Virus record (IMG/VR): IMGVR_UViG_3300042453_001906
DNA length: 20,000 bases
Strand: one strand, 5' to 3'
Origin: an uncultured virus (IMG/VR IMGVR_UViG_3300042453_001906)
Taxonomy: Duplodnaviria; Heunggongvirae; Uroviricota; Caudoviricetes
The notes under the pieces were generated by a model, which saw nothing but the letters and a program-made list of their open reading frames with translations, was not told where the DNA came from and searched no databases. Of the stretch, positions 13,636 through 20,000 are shown in pieces (position 1 is the first letter of the stretch; the number at the start of each line of letters is the position of its first letter). Position numbers and translations under genes: made by a program.

Positions 13636-14213
13636 GCCTTCCTCTGTGCAACCCGCTTGCGAATCTCGTCAAGCGAAATGGGAGTGTACCCAATCCGTTC
13701 CACGCACACAGAGAAATACCGCTCGTCCTCCGGGCGCAGCGCGTTGATGCCGTCCGGGTCTTCAGTCCACATTCCCTCAATCTCACGCACGGGTTCGTTG
13801 TGGAGGTGTGCGTGGATGTTCAGCCACCATCGCCCCGTCTTGTGTCTGTACAGCGAACCGGGGTGGATGGGAATATGGGACAGCACTTCGTTCTCAAGTT
13901 TGTGGTACGCACGGATGTCCTTGAAATGCTTCAGGTATTCACCGGGCTTGAGATTGTCGTGGTTGCCCTTGATAAGAATCTTCTTGCCCTTAAGACGGTC
14001 AAGAATCTTCAGCCCCTTGTTGGTGAATGCCACATCGCCAAGCACATACACCTTGTCGTTCTTGCCCACCACGGAGTTCCAATTGCGCTCAATACACGCA
14101 TCGCCTTCAGCCGCGTCAACGAACGGGCGCACCTTGTCGCCGTTGCTACGCACGAACTTGTAGATGCTTTCGTGCCCGAAATGGGTGCAACCAATGAAAA
14201 ATGTGTTAGGCAT
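13632..14213 (-). CDS. Calcineurin-like metallophosphoesterase
   Basis: GCTHFGH, WNSVV...D.VYVLGD, LIKGNHD, LSHIP, NIHAHLH, VCVE...YTP. Confidence 0.93.
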   Translation of the reverse strand: MPNTFFIGCTHFGHESIYKFVRSNGDKVRPFVDAAEGDACIERNWNSVVGKNDKVYVLGDVAFTNKGLKILDRLKGKKILIKGNHDNLKPGEYLKHFKDIRAYHKLENEVLSHIPIHPGSLYRHKTGRWWLNIHAHLHNEPVREIEGMWTEDPDGINALRPEDERYFSVCVERIGYTPISLDEIRKRVAQRKA

Positions 14214-14577
14214 TGGTGTTCACCGTTTCAATCAGGCAGTAAGCGTAGTTTTCCTTGTTGAATGCCCGTACCCAATAGGGATCAGTCATGTGAATGAGTT
14301 GGGCGTACTCTTCAGGAGAAATGAACCGTGCGCTCTTCACCGTCTTGCCCTCGGGCAGACACGGAGCATCACCCACAGCCACGCGCAAATCCATGCCTGT
14401 GAAGACGCAAGGCCCACCCTCAAAGTCTGCCATCGTGGGGCCGTTTTCATCAGACGAGCCACGCACATACCGCGAAGGGCCTTCAATGATGAAACGGTTC
14501 TCGTCCACTCGGCAAACCGAACGGTGCTGTCCGTAACGGGACGGCTCAACGCTGAAAAGGTTGGGTGCAATCTTCAT
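14206..14577 (-). CDS. Hypothetical protein
   Basis: 123 aa; SRYG...YVRG......MADFEGGP; SD AGGA; coupled to the next gene. Confidence 0.72.
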   Translation of the reverse strand: MKIAPNLFSVEPSRYGQHRSVCRVDENRFIIEGPSRYVRGSSDENGPTMADFEGGPCVFTGMDLRVAVGDAPCLPEGKTVKSARFISPEEYAQLIHMTDPYWVRAFNKENYAYCLIETVNTNA

Positions 14578-14594
14578 AGCAGAATCCTACCACA

Positions 14595-14945
14595 TCAGCC
14601 CCCGGAGTCAATACCTTGAGCGGCTTTCTGTATATTTGGTTTTGGGAGCGGCAAGTAATTTACAAGCAGCCGAAACTTGCCGTCCACGCTTGGTACGGGA
14701 AACAGTCCAGTCACCATTCCAAATAGGGGAATTCCCAAAGCCAACAGCGGTGTGCCAATTTTAATATACGGTGAGTCGTCCAGTTGAACGCCCATCAGCA
14801 CTTCTTTTTCTTTTTTAAGTTCTGTTGCCGTTCCGTCTGCGGTGAGCAGGAGTCGGTTGTGCGGCATGGTTGTGAAAACCCGTTCGTGCCCTCGGGGGGA
14901 TCGCACAACAAAAGAACGGGGAACGAATGGTTCGCTCGGTTTCAT
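14595..14945 (-). CDS. Hypothetical protein
   Basis: 116 aa; fills the gap; late-like boxes CTAAACA (14954-14960) and TATAAGTA (15006-15013) upstream. Confidence 0.65.
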   Translation of the reverse strand: MKPSEPFVPRSFVVRSPRGHERVFTTMPHNRLLLTADGTATELKKEKEVLMGVQLDDSPYIKIGTPLLALGIPLFGMVTGLFPVPSVDGKFRLLVNYLPLPKPNIQKAAQGIDSGG

Positions 14946-15050
14946 TCTACTGGTGTTTAGTGGTGTGTAGAGAACGAATAATATTGTTCTTCAAACCCTA
15001 CACAGTACTTATACGGGTGAAAAAATGACCCCAATATAAAAGTGTATATT

Positions 15051-15230
15051 TCAGCGAGATTTCATTTTCGATTCCCATGACACGATCTGCTTTCTCAGGG
15101 CAGTCATGGTTTGTGCCAGTTCGCGCCACCCGGTTTGATCCAAGAGATACGCTTCGTAATCCTCCACCGCTCGTTTGGCTGCGATGATCAGTTCTTCGGT
15201 TGGAGTCTTTTCGGGTTCGTATTTGGACAT
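15051..15230 (-). CDS. Small helical protein, 59 aa (absent from the ORF track)
   Basis: MSKYEPEKTPTEELIIAAKRAVEDYEAYLLDQTGWRELAQTMTALRKQIVSWESKMKSR; SD AGGAG. Confidence 0.75.
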   Translation of the reverse strand: MSKYEPEKTPTEELIIAAKRAVEDYEAYLLDQTGWRELAQTMTALRKQIVSWESKMKSR

Positions 15231-15234
15231 GGTT

Positions 15235-15552
15235 CTATCTCCTGAATTTTCTGATGAACCTTTTCCACCATGAGGGTTTTATGGAGTTTTCTGTTTTCGC
15301 GCACCCATTTATTCGTTTCCACTCCCGTTGTTCAATTATTTCGTACCGCAGCATTTCTCGTATCTGAAAGGGCAAGATCATCGGTATGGTTTCATCGTAC
15401 CGAGATTTTGCAACATCAAGAAGTCCTTCAATTGCTCTACCGTTTTCAACAATGTCCCAAGTCTCACCGCCATCAGATGATTCACAGAGTGCGTACATTC
15501 CGCCGTGTTCATCGGTGTTAAGCAAATCAATTCCGATGATTTTTTCATCCAT
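15235..15552 (-). CDS. Hypothetical protein
   Basis: 105 aa; SD GGAGG; late box ATAAATA at 15569-15575. Confidence 0.75.
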   Translation of the reverse strand: MDEKIIGIDLLNTDEHGGMYALCESSDGGETWDIVENGRAIEGLLDVAKSRYDETIPMILPFQIREMLRYEIIEQREWKRINGCAKTENSIKPSWWKRFIRKFRR

Positions 15553-15577
15553 AGCAAACCTCCAAGTCTATTTATGG

Positions 15578-15604
15578 AAAAAGCCGCCCCGTGAGGAGCG
15601 GCTT
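15578..15604 (-). terminator. Intrinsic terminator ending the early operon
   Basis: AAGCCGCTCC-TCAC-GGGGCGGCTTTTT. Confidence 0.88.
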
Positions 15605-15623
15605 CTATGGGTGCGCGAGTTTT

Positions 15624-15893
15624 TTACTCGCCGTCTGTGGTGCGGAACAGGGTGTTGTTCGCGTCCGCTTCTGCCTTGTCGGGGAAGCAGTCCCAACCCA
15701 TGCGAACGGCGTATTGCTGCGGACTGCACGGCGGATACACAATGCACTCCGCTTCCATCTCGCAGATTTTCCGCCGTGCCTCGTCGCGCTCCTTCCGCAA
15801 CTGCTCAATTTCAGCATTTGCCTCGTCATTGAGAATGTCTGCCATCTTCTCCATGAGGCGGACAGATTCGGGAATGGGTTTGTTGTCAGGCAT
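15624..15893 (-). CDS. ERDEARR/GWDC family protein A
   Basis: DEANAEIEQLRKERDEARRKIC...GWDCF; SD GAAAGGA; start moved to 15893. Confidence 0.78.
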   Translation of the reverse strand: MPDNKPIPESVRLMEKMADILNDEANAEIEQLRKERDEARRKICEMEAECIVYPPCSPQQYAVRMGWDCFPDKAEADANNTLFRTTDGE

Positions 15894-16032
15894 AGATTTC
15901 CTTTCGGAGTGAGGACTTGGACTTGCGGCGTTCGGCGCGGGGACATCGGGACTTCTTGCCCCATGTCTTGGCGCGGAGGCGTTGCCCCTCGCGGAGCGCA
16001 TCGTGGACGAACTTTCCTGCTCTGATGTTCAT
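15886..16032 (-). CDS. Small basic protein, 48 aa (absent from the ORF track)
   Basis: MNIRAGKFVHDALREGQRLRAKTWGKKSRCPRAERRKSKSSLRKEIYA; SD AAGGAG; coupled at both ends. Confidence 0.7.
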   Translation of the reverse strand: MNIRAGKFVHDALREGQRLRAKTWGKKSRCPRAERRKSKSSLRKEIYA

Positions 16033-16253
16033 GCGTTCTCCTTGTAGCAGTCCCATCCGCGCCGCTCGGCTTCTGCACGGGCGCGGCGATTCATGTCATC
16101 CACGGATAGGCAGTTACCGACAGGCGCGGCTTCGCACCACATCCGCCTCGCCGCATCACGCTCTTCACGGTAGAAGTCTCGTTCGCCCTGAAGCCAGTTG
16201 ATCCTCATTTTGAGAGCGATGATTTCTTTCTCGCATTCAGTCATTTCAGTCAT
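16029..16253 (-). CDS. ERDEARR/GWDC family protein B
   Basis: EERDAARRMWC...GWDCYKENA; SD AAGGAG. Confidence 0.78.
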   Translation of the reverse strand: MTEMTECEKEIIALKMRINWLQGERDFYREERDAARRMWCEAAPVGNCLSVDDMNRRARAEAERRGWDCYKENA

Positions 16254-16557
16254 TGCTGTTCTCCTTGAAACAGTCCCATCCACGCTCAACCGCTATCTCC
16301 TTTGCCAGACCCACGACATCCTCGCTGTCTCTGTGGACACGATGCCGTTGCAAACGGATGATTGCCTCATTCCTGCACAACTCACGCCTCGCCGCACACA
16401 ACTCACGCCGTGCCTCGTCACGCTCCTTCCGCAGCCGCTCAATCTCCGCGTTGGCTTCGTCAATCTGCCTTTCAAGTTCTGCATTGTCCTTGATCAATCG
16501 GTTGTACTTTTCCTTGTAAATATCAGCCAGTTCTACAAGCGATTGTTTGTCAAGCAT
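16246..16557 (-). CDS. ERDEARR/GWDC family protein C
   Basis: DEANAEIERLRKERDEARRELCAARRELC...GWDCFKENSND; SD AAGGAG. Confidence 0.8.
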   Translation of the reverse strand: MLDKQSLVELADIYKEKYNRLIKDNAELERQIDEANAEIERLRKERDEARRELCAARRELCRNEAIIRLQRHRVHRDSEDVVGLAKEIAVERGWDCFKENSND

Positions 16558-16795
16558 TGTTGTTCTCCTTGAACAAGTTGTGGATGGCTTCCAGATGCCC
16601 ATTGCTCTCCGCGCCATGTTCGATTCGGCAGTCGATCTCATTGAGGATGCGTCCCGTTTGCAGCCTCGCCTCGTCGCGCTCGGCGCGGAGCCTTTCGATG
16701 TAGGCTGCGGCTTCCGCAATGTCGTTATCATCGCGGTTGGTGTGATCGCGCAGACGGGAAACAATGTCATACTTACCTTCGCATGGGTCAGTCAT
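16550..16795 (-). CDS. ERDEARR family protein D (lacks GWDC)
   Basis: DIVSRLR...EAAAYIERLRAERDEAR...FKENNNA; SD AAGGAG. Confidence 0.78.
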   Translation of the reverse strand: MTDPCEGKYDIVSRLRDHTNRDDNDIAEAAAYIERLRAERDEARLQTGRILNEIDCRIEHGAESNGHLEAIHNLFKENNNA

Positions 16796-16991
16796 CGATG
16801 TTCTCCTTGTAGTTCTTGTAGCACTCCCACCCAAACCGCAGCCGTTCCATCTCTTCGGTGACAGCCGACAACTGTGATCGCAGACACTCAATCAAGTGCG
16901 TTCCTTCCGCGTTAGTGCTGCTCAACCCACGGGTGGCTTCAAGAATCTGTCTGCTCTTCTGTTCGTAGTTGCCACGGCGGAACTCAAACAT
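16788..16991 (-). CDS. ERDEARR/GWDC family protein E (middle segment missing)
   Basis: EEMERLR-F-GWECYKNYKENIDD; SD AAGGAG. Confidence 0.72.
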   Translation of the reverse strand: MFEFRRGNYEQKSRQILEATRGLSSTNAEGTHLIECLRSQLSAVTEEMERLRFGWECYKNYKENIDD

Positions 16992-17370
16992 CGGTGTTCT
17001 CCTTGAAGCAGTCCCATCCAAGAAAATCGGCAACGCTGCGTTTAGTCTCGTTGGTAATCCCATGTTGGATTTTTTCAACAGCCCCACAGTAAAGCCGCCT
17101 TGCTTCGTCACGCTCTTTCTCAAGTTCACGGCACTCCTCGGTCAGAAGGTTGTTCTGATACCGAGCGTTCTCCAGTTCCTCGGTCAGATTCCTGCCACGG
17201 AGTCGGTCTAGGTTGTCTCCTGCGAGTAGATCGGGGTCTTCTTCAGTCATCGGCGTGTCTCCTGTGTTGGTTGTGGTGATTACTTCGACCTGTGGTGGGT
17301 GGTTGGGAGCCGTATACGGCGGGATGTATTGCCACAGTTCCTCAATACGCTTGTCGGTGGGGTCAGTCAT
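16984..17370 (-). CDS. ERDEARR/GWDC family protein F
   Basis: LEKERDEARRLYC...GWDCFKENTDV; SD AAGGAG; possible internal start at MTEED. Confidence 0.8.
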   Translation of the reverse strand: MTDPTDKRIEELWQYIPPYTAPNHPPQVEVITTTNTGDTPMTEEDPDLLAGDNLDRLRGRNLTEELENARYQNNLLTEECRELEKERDEARRLYCGAVEKIQHGITNETKRSVADFLGWDCFKENTDV

Positions 17371-17551
17371 TGGTGTTCTCCTTGTTCTTCTTGAGTCCCG
17401 TCTTCAGGATGAAATACAACTGGCGTTCGCACATCCGCTGAAAGTCAGCGGTGTAATCCTCGGGGTCATCGTATGGGTTGCTCTCCCGCCACATAGCGAT
17501 GAGGGCGTTGGTGAGTGCGTCTGCAACCATTTCTTTTGCGGTCTTGTTCAT
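17363..17551 (-). CDS. Hypothetical protein, 62 aa
   Basis: MNKTAKEMVADAL...KENTND; SD GAGGA; start moved to 17551. Confidence 0.7.
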   Translation of the reverse strand: MNKTAKEMVADALTNALIAMWRESNPYDDPEDYTADFQRMCERQLYFILKTGLKKNKENTND

Positions 17552-17561
17552 TTGTTTTTCC

Positions 17562-17957
17562 TCAAGGAAGATCGTCAACAGCGGGAGTCCGTCCCGTCTG
17601 CTCGTACAGTCGCCACGCCTCACACCCACCGCAGCCCTTCTTGAACCGCTTGCACTTCGGACCCCACATCCGCTCCATGCCCTGCGGCGTGTGGTCGCTC
17701 GGCTCACACAGTTCGCAAGTGTCGTAGTCGGTGTCGTAAACGGGTTCGCCGCAGCAGCGGCACGGGTTCGCGTTGTCGTCCGAAACAGGCGCGTCCTTGC
17801 CCGACACGATGCCGTAGCAACGGCGGCACAGGGTCGCGCTCTCGCCCACATTGGCGGAAGCCACATCGCACGGCAGTTCTTCCACCACGCAACGCGCCTT
17901 CGCGTGGACGCGGCAACCGCAACTGTCACAGTGTTCGTATTTGCACATTTCTGTCAT
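17562..17957 (-). CDS. Cys-rich putative multi-zinc-finger protein
   Basis: CDSC, CRRC, CRCC, CELC and CGGC knuckles; SD AGAGGAG. Confidence 0.75.
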   Translation of the reverse strand: MTEMCKYEHCDSCGCRVHAKARCVVEELPCDVASANVGESATLCRRCYGIVSGKDAPVSDDNANPCRCCGEPVYDTDYDTCELCEPSDHTPQGMERMWGPKCKRFKKGCGGCEAWRLYEQTGRTPAVDDLP

Positions 17958-17967
17958 TCTCCTCTGT

Positions 17968-18186
17968 TTACTTGACCCGTTTCCAACCCCACTCCATCAG
18001 ACTGTCCCATGTCCGCCGCGCTGCGTCCTTGGAGTAGATGCCGCTTGGCGGGATGTCAGGCAAGTCCTGCGTGTCGTTGCTCTGAATAATGATCTTGTCG
18101 TCTGCGGTATTTATCATGGAGACAAACACGGACGGAATGTCCTTGTTCACCAACACCCACTCCAATGGCGTGAACACTTCAGGCAT
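17968..18186 (-). CDS. Hypothetical protein, paralogue of the C-terminal domain of the upstream gene
   Basis: MPEVFTPLEWVLV...GIYSKDAARRTWDSLMEWGW; SD GGAG; start moved to 18186. Confidence 0.75.
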   Translation of the reverse strand: MPEVFTPLEWVLVNKDIPSVFVSMINTADDKIIIQSNDTQDLPDIPPSGIYSKDAARRTWDSLMEWGWKRVK

Positions 18187-18976
18187 TGTTGGCTCCGTGC
18201 GTCTGCGACAGCACCCACCCGTCAGCGACCAGCGCGTTCCAAGTCTGACGCGCCTCGTCCTTTGTGTAGATGCCGTCCACATAGTTCTCGTCATCGGAGG
18301 TCAGCACGATGCGACCGTCTGTGGTGGTGTTCATCGTGAGGAACATCGCGTTCTTCACGAAAGTCCAACCCTGCGGCTTGCGCGGCGCAGCGGGAGCCGT
18401 GGGCGCAGCAGCACCACCGAGGTCTTCGGTGCTGAAGTAAATCCCCGTGGCAGTGTGCGTGGGGTCGCTCTTCAGAACGCCGTGGAACGAGTACACCCAC
18501 TGCCTACGCAGCATCTCGTCAAACCGCTGCTGCGTGATGCTGGTGGCATCAAAGTACCACCGCTTGCTGTCGCCGCAGAACTTCGCGTTCAGCATCTTCG
18601 CAACATCCTTGTGTTCAAACGGAACCGCAAGGTAGATGCGGAAGGGGTACGCGAGGTTGATGTCCGCGAGGTTCAGCGCGTATGCGTTGAACGCGGGAGC
18701 CTTGCGCTCACCCACGATCATTTCGTGATCGTTGAGCCACTTCACCGTTTCCGCCGTGAGGCGGTTCTGCGGCATCCACCACTTGATCTTGCCCTTCGCA
18801 GCGGGAACGAAACGCGCACCGCGACCCTTGGCTTCGGAGCGGATGGCAGTGCTGCCCTTGGTGCGGAAGGGAATGTCGATCCACAGACCGTAGGGAAGCG
18901 CGGACGGGTTGAGAGTGTACGGGGTGTACGACATAGGCGAACGGGTAGAGCGGCGAGTGGGTGAGGCGGTAGCCAT
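18179..18976 (-). CDS. Protein with two DUF5710-like domains and a C-terminal ARxxW..L...GW domain
   Basis: LWIDIPF...EAKGRGARF....KWWMP and IYLAVPFEHKDVAKMLNAKF...SKRWYF match the DUF5710 pattern. Confidence 0.82.
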   Translation of the reverse strand: MATASPTRRSTRSPMSYTPYTLNPSALPYGLWIDIPFRTKGSTAIRSEAKGRGARFVPAAKGKIKWWMPQNRLTAETVKWLNDHEMIVGERKAPAFNAYALNLADINLAYPFRIYLAVPFEHKDVAKMLNAKFCGDSKRWYFDATSITQQRFDEMLRRQWVYSFHGVLKSDPTHTATGIYFSTEDLGGAAAPTAPAAPRKPQGWTFVKNAMFLTMNTTTDGRIVLTSDDENYVDGIYTKDEARQTWNALVADGWVLSQTHGANNA

Positions 18977-18984
18977 AGACCACG

Positions 18985-19014
18985 ATTATACTGGAAAACA
19001 GGCGTTTTCGTCAA
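18985..19014 (-). promoter_or_regulatory. Sigma70-type early promoter of the 18976-15624 operon
   Basis: TTGACG-N18-TATAAT, 8 nt upstream of ATG 18976. Confidence 0.75.
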
Positions 19015-19134
19015 GAGGCAGGGAACGCAATGTCCGATAACTTATACACAGAAACCCCTGTAAAAACAGGGGTTCTGCGCGTGTGCCAGAAATATGAATA
19101 TTTCAAGCACTTTTCGGGTTGTTGTGCGTTCCCA

Positions 19135-19404
19135 TCACACAGAGGTTTCAGGCAGCAGTTCCACTGCCATCAGGGAGTCGGGCTTGAAGGAACGCCAGCC
19201 CCCTGCCTCAATATCGAACACCGGGAACGCATCCCCCTTCTTTTCCGTTTCGCTGCCCTTTGGATGCAGTTCAGCAGGAATCCGATCCGGGTTCCGTGTG
19301 CCGATTAGCACCCGTTCCGTTCCGTCCTTCTTGGTGAAGACCAAGCGAACGGTTGCTCCAGTTCCAAAGTACTGCTGCGCGGTTTCGAAGAGTGGATTTG
19401 TCAT
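19135..19404 (-). CDS. DUF2693 / WYL_2 SH3-like protein (T4 a-gt.4-like)
   Basis: FTKKDGTERVLIGTRN...IP and VFDIEAGGWRSF; start moved to 19404 because the longer ORF runs through the promoter. Confidence 0.85.
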   Translation of the reverse strand: MTNPLFETAQQYFGTGATVRLVFTKKDGTERVLIGTRNPDRIPAELHPKGSETEKKGDAFPVFDIEAGGWRSFKPDSLMAVELLPETSV

Positions 19405-19411
19405 GTGGGTA

Positions 19412-19439
19412 ATTGTAGCCGAAAGAGAAGCGATGTCAA
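19412..19439 (-). promoter_or_regulatory. Sigma70-type early promoter
   Basis: TTGACA-N16-TACAAT, 7 nt upstream of ATG 19404. Confidence 0.8.
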
Positions 19440-19457
19440 GAGAGTGGGTGGAAGATT

Positions 19458-19919
19458 TCATATTTCGTTGTCTTGCTCCACCCACCGGAAAGAATTTCCG
19501 TGAGAAATAAGAGCCGCGATTGGTTCAACAACCGAATCAATACTGTAGAAAGCGATTTGAGCATTTTTGTATCCTCCGTTTTCCAAACTCATGCTCATGC
19601 TCTTTCTTCCAACGGGATTCATGGAATGGCACACCACAAACCCAATATCGGGAGTGTGTTCACGAATCCAATTCACGATGGCAGTTCCGTCACGCCAACC
19701 CATCTTGGTGTCCCAATCACCGGGGTCTTCAAGATCGTGGTCTAGAAACACGATGTTCCACTTGCCGCTCTTCAGAGCCGAAATGGTTTCATCATAGTCC
19801 CGTGCCCACACAAACTCTACATGATCGGTTTCCTCGTTCCTGAACATTTCACAGAAGTACTCCCATCTGTGGTTGGAATCGTCAACGAACAAGACTTTTC
19901 TTTTTTCGGGTTTCATCAT
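19458..19919 (-). CDS. Cyclic-phosphate-processing receiver-domain protein
   Basis: LFVDD, WARDYDE, FLDHDL, DG..IVNWI and HSMNPVGR..M; the DHDL and HS.NP motifs distinguish this clade from signalling receivers. Confidence 0.85.
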   Translation of the reverse strand: MMKPEKRKVLFVDDSNHRWEYFCEMFRNEETDHVEFVWARDYDETISALKSGKWNIVFLDHDLEDPGDWDTKMGWRDGTAIVNWIREHTPDIGFVVCHSMNPVGRKSMSMSLENGGYKNAQIAFYSIDSVVEPIAALISHGNSFRWVEQDNEI

Positions 19920-20000
19920 GCCTCCAAAGCGTACTGCGTGTTTCTCGGTTCGAAATGCTGTGGAATGGAATTCTTCAGGATGTTGTTGTGTGTCTTCTTG
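19916..20000 (-). CDS. 3' end of a gene starting beyond the window
   Basis: Open frame ...KKTHNNILKNSIPQHFEPRNTQYALEA* with an ATGA overlap onto the next gene. Confidence 0.5.
   Translation of the reverse strand, partial: KKTHNNILKNSIPQHFEPRNTQYALEA

Noticed and set aside
15624..17385. CRISPR-like, integron or DGR interpretation of the spaced repeats
   Set aside because: The repeats are degenerate at synonymous positions, irregularly spaced, non-palindromic and protein-coding; there is no integrase, reverse transcriptase or adenine-specific TR/VR pair in the window.
19458..19919. Two-component response regulator
   Set aside because: The DHDL and HSxNP motifs fit the cyclic-phosphate-processing receiver clade; there is no output domain or kinase nearby.
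1..20000. Stop-codon reassignment or suppressor tRNA
   Set aside because: Conserved genes (gp32, guaC, phosphoesterase) are uninterrupted in the standard code, all three stop codons end genes, and no CUA, UUA or UCA anticodon was found.

Overview
A 20-kb segment of a large T4-superfamily myovirus genome; the host cannot be determined from the window. The left end holds the boundary of the core module: a + strand baseplate-hub/tail-length-like gene with nested tandem repeats, converging on gp32 (SSB) and gp33 (late co-activator). The rest is a minus-strand accessory region. It has 8 tRNA genes (Thr-UGU, Tyr-GUA, Gln-UUG, Asn-GUU, Glu-UUC, Lys-UUU, Gly-UCC and an atypical Ile-UAU), none with an encoded CCA. 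It also has a circularly permuted (two-piece) tmRNA gene with a very short tag (ANRLAMAA) and several unexplained structured elements, including a tRNA-like RNA and a ~240-nt multibranch element that folds best on the strand opposite the tRNAs. Recognisable proteins are GMP reductase, a Zn-dependent deaminase, a DksA/TraR-type zinc finger, a calcineurin-like phosphoesterase, a cyclic-phosphate-processing receiver domain protein, and DUF5710 and DUF2693-like proteins. A translationally coupled array of paralogous small genes shares the motifs ERDEARR and GWDC(F/Y)KEN. Both sigma70-type early promoters (mostly 16-bp spacer, some leaderless) and T4-type late promoters ((C/A)TAAATA) are visible. 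All family calls come from motif recognition by eye; no database search or folding program was run.
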